The notes under the pieces: generated by a model
Told to the model about the DNA's origin: nothing
What the model saw: only the letters and a program-made list of their open reading frames with translations
Database searches by the model: none
NCBI GenBank assembly: GCA_046758905.1
Contig: JBHIBC010000002.1
Coordinates: forward strand, 16,648-80,647
DNA: 64,000 nucleotides
Origin: Acidobacteriota bacterium
GTDB taxonomy: Bacteria; Acidobacteriota; Polarisedimenticolia; Gp22-AA2
Reading direction: 5' to 3'
Translations under genes and position numbers: made by a program
Part shown: positions 27,640 to 37,240 of the stretch, one piece after another
How the letters are laid out: each line of letters begins with the position of its first letter
Numbering within the stretch: position 1 is the first letter of the stretch

Positions 27640-28128
27640 CTAGCGCTGCGCCCCGGCCGGCCACTGGTAGAAGGCCCCGTTGGAGTAGATGATGTCGCAG
27701 GTGAATTCCCCGATCGGGCCGCCGGTGTTCGTCCCGGGCATCCCGTCCCTGCCGTAGCTGCTGATGGTGTACACGGTCCCGGTGGCATTGGTGTCGATGT
27801 GCCACGGATTGTCCCAGCCGTCGGTCAGGGGGACCTTCTGCAGGTAGAGAGGGGCGAGGTAGGCGCCGATCGTCTCCCCGTTGGCGTCGGTCAGGCCCCG
27901 GGGGTAGACGTTGTTGTCGGTGGCGTACATCTCGAGCCCCATGCCGATCGACTTCATGTCGGCCATGGTCGCCTTCTGCTTGGCGCGCTGGATCGCCTTC
28001 TGCAGGTTGGGCAGGGCCAGGGCGGCCAGGATCCCGATGATGGTCACCACGATGAGCAGCTCCACCAGCGTGAAGCCCGCCCCGGGGTCCGCCCTCCTCC
28101 CGCCTCGACCGGCCAGCACCGACGGCAT
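27640..28128 (-). CDS. prepilin-type N-terminal cleavage/methylation domain protein (pseudopilin-like)
   Basis: RBS AGGAGG. GFTLVELLIVVTIIGILAALALPNL is a class III signal peptide / N-methylation site. Confidence 0.75.
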   Translation of the reverse strand: MPSVLAGRGGRRADPGAGFTLVELLIVVTIIGILAALALPNLQKAIQRAKQKATMADMKSIGMGLEMYATDNNVYPRGLTDANGETIGAYLAPLYLQKVPLTDGWDNPWHIDTNATGTVYTISSYGRDGMPGTNTGGPIGEFTCDIIYSNGAFYQWPAGAQR

Positions 28129-28215
28129 CCTCCTGTGTTCGCGTAGTTTAGCACGCCCCCCGCGGTGGAGCGAGGCCGGCGGCGAATCTACATACGGTGC
28201 GGCCCTCGGGGCCGT

Positions 28216-29202
28216 CTAGGTGGCTCGGGCCGCCGGCTCCGCGGCGTCGAGCAGGGCGCGCGGTTCGATGTTCCCTCCGCTGACGACCGCCGCCGTCGGG
28301 CCCGCGGGCCCGCGGACGGCGCCGGTCAGGAGCGCGGCGACGGCCGCCGCCCCGCTCCACTCGGCCAGCAGGTGCTCGGAGCGGAGCAGCCACAGGGCGG
28401 CCGCACGGATCGCGTCGTCGCTGACGGTCACGATGTCGGCCACGAACCGTTGCGCCAGCGCGAAGTTCAGGCCGCCCGGGCGCGAGGGGAGCAGGCCGTC
28501 GGCGATCGATCCGACCGAGGCCAGGGTCACGGGGGCGCCGGCGCGCAAGGACGCCGCCATGCAGGCCGCGCCCTCCGGCTCCGCCCCGATGACGTGGATG
28601 CGGGCGCGGTGGTAGCCGCAGGCGAGGGCGATCCCCGAGAGCAGGCCGCCGCCGCCCACCGGCACGACGATCGTCTCGACCTCCGGCATCTGCTCCAGGA
28701 TCTCCGTCGCGCAGGAGGCCTGGCCCGCGACGATCCAGGGATGATCGAACGGCGGGACCATCGTGAGGCCCCGCTCCTTTCCGATCGATTCGGCCAGGGC
28801 CCTGCGCTCGAGCGAGGTCGTCCCCCTGAAGTGGACCTCCGCCCCGTGATCCCGCGCCAGCTGGACCTTCAGCGGAAGCGCCGTCTCTGGCATCACCACC
28901 ACCGCCGGGATCCCGGCCCGGCGCGCCGCGATCGACACGGCGATGGCGTGATTGCCGGAGGAGTATGTGATCAGCCCGCCCGGCCGCCCCTCCTCGATCG
29001 CCCGGCACGTGAAGTTCGTGGCGCCGCGGATCTTGAAGGCTCCTCCGACCTGCAGGCTCTCGCACTTCAGCGCCACGGGACAGCCGAGCCGCTCGGCCAG
29101 CGTCTCAGAGACGATGAGCGGGGTGACGCGGGCGCCCCGGTGGACGCGCTGTCGCGCCGCCCTGAGATCGGACGGGCCTAGGCCCCTCTCCTCGATTCCC
29201 AT
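28216..29202 (-). CDS. PLP-dependent threonine/serine ammonia-lyase
   Basis: PLP-lysine motif ESLQVGGAFKIRGA. SGNHAIAVSIAA. Gly-rich loop VPVGGGGLLSG. ATG at 29202 verified. Confidence 0.85.
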   Translation of the reverse strand: MGIEERGLGPSDLRAARQRVHRGARVTPLIVSETLAERLGCPVALKCESLQVGGAFKIRGATNFTCRAIEEGRPGGLITYSSGNHAIAVSIAARRAGIPAVVVMPETALPLKVQLARDHGAEVHFRGTTSLERRALAESIGKERGLTMVPPFDHPWIVAGQASCATEILEQMPEVETIVVPVGGGGLLSGIALACGYHRARIHVIGAEPEGAACMAASLRAGAPVTLASVGSIADGLLPSRPGGLNFALAQRFVADIVTVSDDAIRAAALWLLRSEHLLAEWSGAAAVAALLTGAVRGPAGPTAAVVSGGNIEPRALLDAAEPAARAT

Positions 29203-29371
29203 GGTCTGCACCGGCCCCGGTGGGCCGCGGGCACCCCCATCTTCCCTCACCTCGGGGCCGGACGTCACGGGGTATCGCGAGGAAAGAGACGCCGCGGCGA
29301 TGCCCGGGCCGGAGCGCTTGAACCCGCGGGGGCGATGTGAGAGACTCGACCCGTTCCCGGGAGGTGACGGG

Positions 29372-29782
29372 ATGCCCGCTCCTGCCGATTACAAGAACAA
29401 GTTCCTCAAAAAGCCGCCCAAGCGGCTGGCGGTGATCGACCACACCAACTGCTCCGGCTGCGCCGGCTCTCCCGCCTGCGTTGCGTTCTGTGAGACGGTC
29501 ACCGTCAAGACCCAGGTCGTCGACGCGATCCGCTACATCGCCTCGCCGCAGGCCCCCAACAACCTGGCGGTCGTCGAGTACGACAGGTGCATCGGCTGCG
29601 CCCTCTGCTCGGAGGTCTGTCCGTGGGACGCGATCACCATGTACAGCTTCGAGGAGGCGTGGGACGCGCACGCCCAGGTCACGCTGGTGGAATACAGCCC
29701 GGAGATCGATGTCCATCCCAGGCCGAGGGAAGAGGAGACGGAGACGAAACCGGCCGCGGCGGCCCCGGGCCCCGCGCCCTGA
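29372..29782 (+). CDS. 4Fe-4S dicluster ferredoxin-domain protein
   Basis: RBS GGGAGG. Cys clusters CSGCAGSPACVAFCE and CIGCALCSEVCP. Confidence 0.7.
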   Translation: MPAPADYKNKFLKKPPKRLAVIDHTNCSGCAGSPACVAFCETVTVKTQVVDAIRYIASPQAPNNLAVVEYDRCIGCALCSEVCPWDAITMYSFEEAWDAHAQVTLVEYSPEIDVHPRPREEETETKPAAAAPGPAP

Positions 29783-29793
29783 GCGGTCCGACC

Positions 29794-30435
29794 ATGGATG
29801 TCGTCGCGATATTGCTGGCCGCAGGCGAGTCCGAGCGCATGGGGACCTCCAAGGCGTTGCTCCCGTGGCACGGCCAGACCCTCCTCGCGCACCAGCTGCG
29901 GCAGATCCAGAGAAGCCGCATAACGGAGTGCGTGGTCGTCCTGGGCCGGGAGGCGGACAGCCTGGCCCCGATCGTCGAGTCGTCCAGGCGGCTCACGTGG
30001 AAGTCGCGGGCCGTCTACAACCCGCGGTATCGCGAGGGCAAGACCACCTCCATCCAGGCGGGTCTGGCCTCGCTCTTCTCCAGGCCCGACGGCGTCATCG
30101 TCGCGGCGGTCGACCAGCCGCTCGATCGCCGGCTGCTCGATGCGCTCCTCCGGCGGGGCGAGGAGGAGTGGGAGTGGGGCGGCGTGCCCGGGCGGCGAAC
30201 GATCCTGGTCCCGGTCTTCCAGGGCAGGCGCGGCCATCCGCCGCTGTTCTCCGGCGCCCTGATCGGCGAGCTGATGGGGATCTGCGAGGAGAGGGAAGGC
30301 CTCAGGGCGGTGGTCCGGCGCGATCCGGGTCGCGTCCTGGAGGTCCCCTGGGACAGTCCCGAAGTGCTCCTCAACCTGAACGCGGCGGCCGATCTCCCTC
30401 CCGCCGCGCGCCCGGGCGGGCCCGGGGCGCGGTAG
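29794..30435 (+). CDS. MobA-like NTP transferase (molybdenum cofactor cytidylyltransferase MocA-like)
   Basis: VAILLAAGESERMGTSKALLPW is the MobA/MocA nucleotide-binding motif. Located upstream of the XDH-family subunits. Confidence 0.78.
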   Translation: MDVVAILLAAGESERMGTSKALLPWHGQTLLAHQLRQIQRSRITECVVVLGREADSLAPIVESSRRLTWKSRAVYNPRYREGKTTSIQAGLASLFSRPDGVIVAAVDQPLDRRLLDALLRRGEEEWEWGGVPGRRTILVPVFQGRRGHPPLFSGALIGELMGICEEREGLRAVVRRDPGRVLEVPWDSPEVLLNLNAAADLPPAARPGGPGAR

Positions 30436-30471
30436 CGCCCGCGGGGGGCCGGATCCCGGGTGGAGGCCAGG

Positions 30472-31161
30472 ATGCCCCGACCACGAGCGCGCGGCAGGAA
30501 GAGAGCGGGCCGCGGCGCGGCGGTTTCCCGCCGTGAGTTCCTGAAGGGCCTCGGCGCGGGCGGCGCCCTCGGGGCCGGCCTCCTCGGGGCCGGCGGCGCG
30601 GCGTGCCGGACCGAGCGGCGCCGGGGGGAGGCGGCCCGGTTCGGGCCGGGCGCGGGGCCGATCCGGCTCACCGTCAACGGCAGGACCCGTACCGTGCGGG
30701 TGGAGCCTAGGGTCACCCTGCTCGACGCCCTGCGCGACCGGCTGGACCTCACCGGGACGAAGAAGATCTGCGACCGTGGGGAATGCGGCGGCTGCACCGT
30801 GCTGCTCGATGGGCTGCCGGTGTACGCCTGCATGATGCTCGCGGTCGAGGCCCGCGACAGGGCGATCACGACCGTCGAAGGGCTCGCGCCGGCAGAGCGG
30901 CTGCATCCGCTGCAGGAGGCGTTCGTAGAGCGGGACGCGCTGCAGTGCGGCTTCTGCACGCCCGGCTTCCTGGTCGCCTCCAAGGCGCTGCTGGATCGCA
31001 ACCCCGGCCCGTCGCGCGAGCAGGTGCGCCGGGCCCTGGGCGGCCACATCTGCCGCTGCGGGACCTACCCCCGGGTGATCCAGGCCGTGCTCGACGTGGC
31101 GGCCCGCTCCGGCGGCCGGGCGGCGCGACACGGCGGCGCACGGTCGGGCACCGGCCCGTGA
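30472..31161 (+). CDS. (2Fe-2S)-binding small subunit of XDH/aldehyde-oxidoreductase-family molybdoenzyme, TAT signal
   Basis: SRREFLKGLG twin-arginine motif. CDRGECGGCTV and CGFCTPGF 2Fe-2S motifs. Confidence 0.88.
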   Translation: MPRPRARGRKRAGRGAAVSRREFLKGLGAGGALGAGLLGAGGAACRTERRRGEAARFGPGAGPIRLTVNGRTRTVRVEPRVTLLDALRDRLDLTGTKKICDRGECGGCTVLLDGLPVYACMMLAVEARDRAITTVEGLAPAERLHPLQEAFVERDALQCGFCTPGFLVASKALLDRNPGPSREQVRRALGGHICRCGTYPRVIQAVLDVAARSGGRAARHGGARSGTGP

Positions 31162-31180
31162 AGGGCCGGTGAGGAAGGGC

Positions 31181-33484
31181 ATGGCGGAGACACGTAGGGT
31201 GCGCGTCGGCAATCCCGCCGGTACCCGGGAGATCACCGTCTCGGTGCCGCCGAGCGAGCCGCGGATCTGGGACGCCGACGCCCGGCTCGAGGTCGTGGGT
31301 TCAACGGTGCCGAGGCTGGACGGCGCCGACAAGGTGACGGGCCGGGCCCGCTTCACGTACGACATCAATCTCGAGGGGATGCTTCACGCGCGCGTCCTCA
31401 GGAGCCCGCACCCGCACGCCCGGATCCTCTCCATCGACGCCTCGGAGGCGAAGCGGCTGGCAGGGGTGAGGGCCGCGATCACCTTCGAGGGAGCCGACCC
31501 CTTCTCGTCGCTCGGTCGGAAGGACGAAGCCGGCCGCGCGGTCGAGGGAGAGGGGAGGACGGGCTCCCCGTCGGGCGAGCGGCGCCGGGTGCTGTTCGCC
31601 GGCGAGGAGGTCGCCGCGGTCGCCGCCGTGACGCCGGAGCTGGCCGAGGACGCCCTCGACCTCATCCGGGTCGAGTACGAGGCGCTGCCTCACGTCACCG
31701 ATCCGGAGCAGGCGCGTCGCCGGGATGCGCCGAGAGTCTTCCCGGAAGGAAACGTGGCGCCCGCCAGCGTGCGGGAGCGCGGCGACGTCGGGGCCGGCTT
31801 CCGGGAGGCCGCGGTCACCGTCGAGGGAACCTACGGGACCCCCGTGGCGCTGCACAACTCGCTCGAGTCGCACGGGGCCGTGGCGCGATGGCAGAGAGGC
31901 AAGCTGACCGTGTGGGCCTCGACCCAGGGCGTCTTCGGCTTCCGCGACGACCTGGCGAAGTTCTTCGGCATCCCGTCGGGGGATGTGCGCGTCGTCAGCG
32001 AGTATCTCGGGGGAGGGTTCGGATCCAAGTTCGGCGCCCAGAGCACCGGCGTGATCGCGGCGCTGCTGTCGCGGGCGGCGCGCGCCCCGGTGAAGCTGAT
32101 GCTCGACCGCCACGAGGAGAACCTGGCGACCGGGAACCGCCCGAGCTCGACCCAGTGGATCCGGGTCGGCGCGCGGCGCGATGGGACGCTCACGGCCGTT
32201 CACCTGAAATCCTACGGCACCGCAGGGATCGCCACCGGCGCTGGAGTGGGCGGGCCCGCGTGGAAGATCTACGCGTGTCCCAACGTCCGGATCGAGGAGG
32301 AGGACGTTTACACCAACGCCGGCCCGGCGGCGCCGTTCCGGGCTCCCGGCTACCCGCAGGGCTCGTTCGCGCTCGAGTCGGCCCTCGACGAGCTGTCGGA
32401 CCGCCTCGGGCTGGACCCGCTCTCCCTGCGGCTCAGGAACTACGTGGACAAGCCGGCGAAGGCGTTGCGCCTCGAGTACGAGCTGGCCGCGAAGGAGATC
32501 GGCTGGGAGCGCCGGCGTTCGCCCCGGAGGGGCGCCGGCGGGGTTCGCCGCGGCATGGGTATGGGGACGGCGCTGTGGCCGATGTACGGCGGGCCGCCGG
32601 CCGACGCCACCGTCACGATCCACAGCGACGGCACGGTGGAGTGCGTCTGCGGCACGCAGGCGATCGGTGGCGGGACCCGGACCGCCATGGCCATGGTCGT
32701 CGCCGAGGTCCTGGGCCTGAAGCCCGGGGACATCCGGGCCACGATCGGCGACACCGGCAGCAACATGTACGCGGGCGCCTCGGGTGGCAGCACGACGCTG
32801 ACATCGATCCTGCCGGCGGTGCGCACCGCGGCCGAGGGGGCGAAGGCCAGATTCCTGGAGGCGGTCGCCCCGTCGTTAGGTGGCGAACCGGGCGAGTTGG
32901 AACTGCGCGACCGGCGGGTGAAGACCGCCGACGGCGGGCGCTCGGTGCCCTTCCGGGAGGCCGCGGGCCGTCTGGGGTCGAGCCTCATCTCCGCGCAGGC
33001 ATCCCGGGCGAGGAACTTCGAGGGGCTGGGGATCGAATCGTACGGCGCGCAGTTCGCGGAGGTGGAGGTCGACACCGCGACCGGCAGGGTCCGGGTCCTG
33101 AAGATCGCGGCGGCCCACGACTGCGGGCGTACGATCAACCGCCTGACCGCGGAGAGCCAGGTCAACGGCGGCGTCATAATGGGGCTGTCCTACGCGCTCC
33201 TGGAGCAGCGCGTGATCGATCACCCCACCGGCATCGTCGTCAACCCCAACCTCGAGGCGTACAAGATCGCCGGCACGATGGAGACTCCCGAGATCGTCCC
33301 GATCCTGGTGGAGGTCCACGACCCGGCGAACAATGTGGGTGCGAAGGGCCTGGGCGAGCCGCCGATCGTCCCGACCGCGGCGGCCATCGCCAACGCCGTG
33401 AGCAACGCCCTCGGCGCGCGGGTGCGCGAGCTGCCGATCACGCCGGCCCGGGTGCTGTCGCTGCTCGGTGGCGGGGAGGCCTGA
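31181..33484 (+). CDS. molybdopterin-binding large subunit of XDH-family oxidoreductase
   Basis: RBS GAGGAAGG. ~767 aa with a/b hammerhead and MoCo-binding domains (GGGFGSK motif). Confidence 0.9.
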   Translation: MAETRRVRVGNPAGTREITVSVPPSEPRIWDADARLEVVGSTVPRLDGADKVTGRARFTYDINLEGMLHARVLRSPHPHARILSIDASEAKRLAGVRAAITFEGADPFSSLGRKDEAGRAVEGEGRTGSPSGERRRVLFAGEEVAAVAAVTPELAEDALDLIRVEYEALPHVTDPEQARRRDAPRVFPEGNVAPASVRERGDVGAGFREAAVTVEGTYGTPVALHNSLESHGAVARWQRGKLTVWASTQGVFGFRDDLAKFFGIPSGDVRVVSEYLGGGFGSKFGAQSTGVIAALLSRAARAPVKLMLDRHEENLATGNRPSSTQWIRVGARRDGTLTAVHLKSYGTAGIATGAGVGGPAWKIYACPNVRIEEEDVYTNAGPAAPFRAPGYPQGSFALESALDELSDRLGLDPLSLRLRNYVDKPAKALRLEYELAAKEIGWERRRSPRRGAGGVRRGMGMGTALWPMYGGPPADATVTIHSDGTVECVCGTQAIGGGTRTAMAMVVAEVLGLKPGDIRATIGDTGSNMYAGASGGSTTLTSILPAVRTAAEGAKARFLEAVAPSLGGEPGELELRDRRVKTADGGRSVPFREAAGRLGSSLISAQASRARNFEGLGIESYGAQFAEVEVDTATGRVRVLKIAAAHDCGRTINRLTAESQVNGGVIMGLSYALLEQRVIDHPTGIVVNPNLEAYKIAGTMETPEIVPILVEVHDPANNVGAKGLGEPPIVPTAAAIANAVSNALGARVRELPITPARVLSLLGGGEA

Positions 33485-33485
33485 G

Positions 33486-34496
33486 GTGCGTCGCTTCGCC
33501 TACGTCGAGCCGGAGTCGCTCCAGGCCGCCTCCCGGATCCTGGCCCGGGAGGGTGAGGGGGCGCGGCCGATCGCCGGCGGCGCGGATCTCCTCGGGGAGA
33601 TGAAGGACGGGATCATCGAGCCGCGGACCGTGGTCGACCTCAAGTCGATCCCCGGGCTCGACCGCATCCGGCTCGAGGAGGACGGCACCGTCCGCATCGG
33701 CGCTCTCGCGACCCTGACCGCCGTCGAGACGGACGACGCGATCCGCAGGGAGTTCCCGGCGGTCGGCCAGGCCGCGGCCAGCGTCGCGTCTCCCGAGATC
33801 CGCAACGTGGGGACCGTCGGCGGGAACCTCTGCCAGCGACCGCGGTGCTGGTATTACCGGTCGCCCCTGCATCCCTGCCTCAAGAAAGGGGGGGAGGTGT
33901 GTTACACCCTCGAGGGCGACAGCCGATACAACGCGATCCTCGGAGGTGGGCCCTCGTTCATCGTCCATCCCTCCGACCTGGCTCCGGCGCTGGTCGCCTG
34001 CGGCGCGCGCGTCGGCATCTCCGGGCCGGCCGGGCCGAGGGAGCTGCCCCTGGAGGAGTTCTACGTCCTCCCCGAGGTGCGGCTCGACCGCGAGACCATC
34101 CTCGAGCACGGCGAGATCGTCACCGAGGTGACGCTGCCGCGCCGTTGGTCCGCCGCCGGCGGCGCGCGGAGCCTGTTCCTCAAGTTCAGGGAAAAGGACT
34201 CGTTCGACTTCGCCCTGGTGAGCGTCGCCGCTGCCCTGACTCTGCGGGACGGCCGCTGCGAGACGGGGCGGGTGGTCCTGGGAGGCGTGGCGCCGATCCC
34301 GTGGCGCTCGAGGCGGGCCGAGGCGGAGATCGAAGGGGAGGCGCTCGATCCGATCACGGTGGGGCGAGCGGCCGAGGCCGCCCTGGCCGCCGCCGCGCCC
34401 CTGGCGCACAACGGGTACAAAGTGCCGCTGGCCAAGGCCCTGATCCGGCGCGCCCTGCTGGACCTCGCGCGGGAGGCGGGCGCATCCTCCCGGTAG
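33486..34496 (+). CDS. FAD-binding medium subunit of XDH-family oxidoreductase
   Basis: GTG start 2 nt after the upstream stop. PIAGGADLL and VGTVGGNLCQ are FAD-binding CoxM/CutM-type motifs. Confidence 0.85.
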   Translation: MRRFAYVEPESLQAASRILAREGEGARPIAGGADLLGEMKDGIIEPRTVVDLKSIPGLDRIRLEEDGTVRIGALATLTAVETDDAIRREFPAVGQAAASVASPEIRNVGTVGGNLCQRPRCWYYRSPLHPCLKKGGEVCYTLEGDSRYNAILGGGPSFIVHPSDLAPALVACGARVGISGPAGPRELPLEEFYVLPEVRLDRETILEHGEIVTEVTLPRRWSAAGGARSLFLKFREKDSFDFALVSVAAALTLRDGRCETGRVVLGGVAPIPWRSRRAEAEIEGEALDPITVGRAAEAALAAAAPLAHNGYKVPLAKALIRRALLDLAREAGASSR

Positions 34497-34519
34497 GGAG
34501 AGGAGACCTCGGAGAGACC

Positions 34520-34771
34520 ATGGGCGAGCCGACTCACGGCGATCGACCGGCGGTCCGGGCGGCCGGGCTCTGCCGTCATCTGCGGACGAAGACTTACTAC
34601 TACGGCTCCGCGGACGACGCCCTGGGAGAGGCCGGCCTCTCGACCACCGCCCAGTTCTGGTGTCTGCGGACGACGCGCCCCGTCGGCCCGGACGAGCGGC
34701 CCGCCTCGGCCCGCTCCTGCCGCCCGGGGCGAGACTGCTGCGATCTCCCGCCCGGAGGCCGAGCCAGTTGA
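34520..34771 (+). CDS. small Cys-containing hypothetical ORF (83 aa), possibly spurious
   Basis: ATG preceded by AGGAG/GGAGAG. Five Cys including a terminal CC (CRHL..., FWCL..., SCRPGRDCCDLPP). Ends at the TTG start candidate of the M28 gene. Confidence 0.2.
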   Translation: MGEPTHGDRPAVRAAGLCRHLRTKTYYYGSADDALGEAGLSTTAQFWCLRTTRPVGPDERPASARSCRPGRDCCDLPPGGRAS

Positions 34772-37239
34772 CCCGCCTCCGGCCGGGCGGCCGTGCCGCG
34801 CCGGGCGCTCGCCTCCGGCTCCTGTCTCCAGTCGTCGCGGCGCTGCTCGGGACGGCCGTGCCGCTGCTCTCGCCGCCCGCGGGCGCCGCGTCGGGGCGGT
34901 CGCCGGCCGAGGAGGCGGAGGACGAAGAGGTCGAGATCGTCGAGGAGGAGATCACGCCCCTCGGCTTCTCGAGGGCCGGCTGGGAGCGGCAGCGCGCGCT
35001 CGAGGGCCGGCTCGCCTCCCTGCTCAAGCCGACGCGGATCGCGAGGACCCTCCGAAGGCTCACGGCCCGGCCGCACCGCGCCGGGACCGCCGACTCCGAG
35101 CGCGTCGCCCGCTGGATCCTGTCCGAGGCGGAGCGCGCCGGCCTCGAGGCCGAGATCGTCCCCTACCTCTTCTACAACTCGCACCCCGGCCCCCGGTCGA
35201 TCCGCCTGACCGCCCCCGTGGAGCGGGCCCTATCCCTGGAGGAGGACCGGATCGAGGAGGACCCCTTCGCGAGGGCGCCGTGGAAGCACCGCGCCTTCTG
35301 CGCCTACAGCGGGTCGGGAACCGCCGAGGGCGAGGTGGTGTACGTCGGGCAGGGGACGGTGGAGGACTTCGGCGCGCTGGACGAGAGCGCGATCTCCCTC
35401 GAGGGGCGCGTCGCCCTGATGCGCTACTTCGGCGAGGAGGAGGGGACGAAGGTGCTGCGGGCCCGGGAGCGCGGCGCGGTGGCGGTCGTCCTGTACGCCG
35501 ACCCGCTGGAGGACGGCTTCGTGCACGGCGAGGTCTACCCGAAGGGGAACTGGCGGCCGCCGGGAGGGATCATGCGCCGCTCGGTCATCGCCACGCCGTA
35601 CGACGGCGACCCGCTCAGCCCGGGGTGGGCCGCGACCCCCGGCGCGCGGCGCCTCGAACCCGGCGAGATCGAGGGGCTGCCGCGGATCCCGGTGCTGCCG
35701 ATCTCCTACCGCGCCGCCGCCGTCGTCCTCTCGCACCTCGGAGGGCCCCGCGCCCCGGACAGGATGCAGGGGGCGATCGTGCGCGGGGACGGCGGAGCCC
35801 GCCCGCTGGAGTACCGGCTGGGCCCGGGGCCGGCGCGGCTCCGTCTCTCCGTCCAGATGGACGAGAGGACGGACACCATCCTTGACGTCATCGTCAGGGT
35901 ACCGGGGGAAGCCGAGCCGGAAGCCTGGGTGATCCTCGGGACCCATCACGACGCCTGGATCTACGGCGCGGGAGACCCATCTAGCGGCACCGCTGCGGAC
36001 CTGGAGATCGTGAGGGCGCTCGGGGATCTCCGGCGGGAGGGCTGGCGGCCGCGGCGCACGATCGTGCTGGCGTTCTGGGACGCGGAGGAGATGAACCTGG
36101 GCGGATCCGCGGAGTGGGTGGAGGAGCACGCCGAGCAGCTGCGCGAGAAGGGCGTGGCGGCGATCAACATGGACTCCGCGGTGTTCAACGGCGAGCGGCC
36201 GCTCTACGTGGCGGCGAGCCCGGCGCTCCACACCTTGTTCCGCGAGGCGGCGGACGTGGTGCCTGCCCCGGCCGCGGAAGGGAGCCTGTGGGCGAGCTGG
36301 CTGCGGATGCAGAACGAGGCGCGCGGGCAGGGCTCGGTGGACGGGCACGGCCCCGACTACGACCCGTCGGAGCCCTTCGAGCGGCCGTACATCGACCCGA
36401 TCCCGCTCGGGGACGACCAGACTCCGTTCGTGGTGCGTGCGGGGCTGCCCGGGAGCGACATGTACTACGGCGCCGACTACGGCATGTACCACTCGCTGTA
36501 CGAGGATTACCACTGGATGACGACGATCGTCGACCCGAACTTCGCCCATCACTGGGTCATGGCGCTGCTGCACGGGGTCCTCGGGCTGCGCCTGGCGATG
36601 GCCGAGGTCCTGCCGCTCGACCCCGAGGTGAGCGCCGCGGCCTGGGAGGACGCCCTGGCCGATCTCGAGGGGCGTGCCGCGGCGCTGGGGGTCGACGCCG
36701 GGATCTTCGGACCGGTGCGAGAGGCCCTCGTACGGTTCTCCGACGCGGCCCGGACGTTCGGCGAGAGGCGCGACTCCGTCCTCCACGAGGCGCGCTGGGA
36801 GGCGGGGGCCCACCCGGATGCCCTGACGGCGGTCAACGCGGGCGTCGCGGCGGCCGCGCGCGCGTTCTACCTGGAGGACGGTCTGCCCGACCATCCCTAC
36901 GACCGCGGCCTGTGGGTCGCCCCCTCGCGGGCGGTTCCGGGCCTGCGCGACGCGCGCCTTCCGGGCCTGCGCTGGGCGCTCGAGCTGGGGCGGGAGGGGG
37001 AGCTCCCGCGCCAAGTGGAGATCTACGCGCGCGCGCTCGATGAGGCGGCGCGGCAGCTGACCGGCGCCGCCGAGCTCGTGGCCGGGCTCCCGCGGGAGGC
37101 GCAGGCGAGCGAGCCTGCGCCGGCCGAGGCGGGGGATCCCGGCGCCCGGCCCGCGACCCCCGGCGGACGGCCCGCCGCCCCTCCCGAGGCGGCCGGGGAG
37201 CCCGAACGCGGCTCCGCCACGCGCTCCTCCGGCGACTGA
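34768..37239 (+). CDS. M28 family Zn-peptidase with PA domain and TfR-like dimerisation domain (glutamate carboxypeptidase II-like), secreted
   Basis: Signal peptide LRLLSPVVAALLGTAVPLLSPPAGAAS. GTHHDAW and FWDAEEMNLGGSAEWVE are M28 Zn ligands. Start is uncertain (TTG 34768 or earlier in the 34660 frame). Confidence 0.8.
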   Translation: MTRLRPGGRAAPGARLRLLSPVVAALLGTAVPLLSPPAGAASGRSPAEEAEDEEVEIVEEEITPLGFSRAGWERQRALEGRLASLLKPTRIARTLRRLTARPHRAGTADSERVARWILSEAERAGLEAEIVPYLFYNSHPGPRSIRLTAPVERALSLEEDRIEEDPFARAPWKHRAFCAYSGSGTAEGEVVYVGQGTVEDFGALDESAISLEGRVALMRYFGEEEGTKVLRARERGAVAVVLYADPLEDGFVHGEVYPKGNWRPPGGIMRRSVIATPYDGDPLSPGWAATPGARRLEPGEIEGLPRIPVLPISYRAAAVVLSHLGGPRAPDRMQGAIVRGDGGARPLEYRLGPGPARLRLSVQMDERTDTILDVIVRVPGEAEPEAWVILGTHHDAWIYGAGDPSSGTAADLEIVRALGDLRREGWRPRRTIVLAFWDAEEMNLGGSAEWVEEHAEQLREKGVAAINMDSAVFNGERPLYVAASPALHTLFREAADVVPAPAAEGSLWASWLRMQNEARGQGSVDGHGPDYDPSEPFERPYIDPIPLGDDQTPFVVRAGLPGSDMYYGADYGMYHSLYEDYHWMTTIVDPNFAHHWVMALLHGVLGLRLAMAEVLPLDPEVSAAAWEDALADLEGRAAALGVDAGIFGPVREALVRFSDAARTFGERRDSVLHEARWEAGAHPDALTAVNAGVAAAARAFYLEDGLPDHPYDRGLWVAPSRAVPGLRDARLPGLRWALELGREGELPRQVEIYARALDEAARQLTGAAELVAGLPREAQASEPAPAEAGDPGARPATPGGRPAAPPEAAGEPERGSATRSSGD

Positions 37240-37240
37240 C

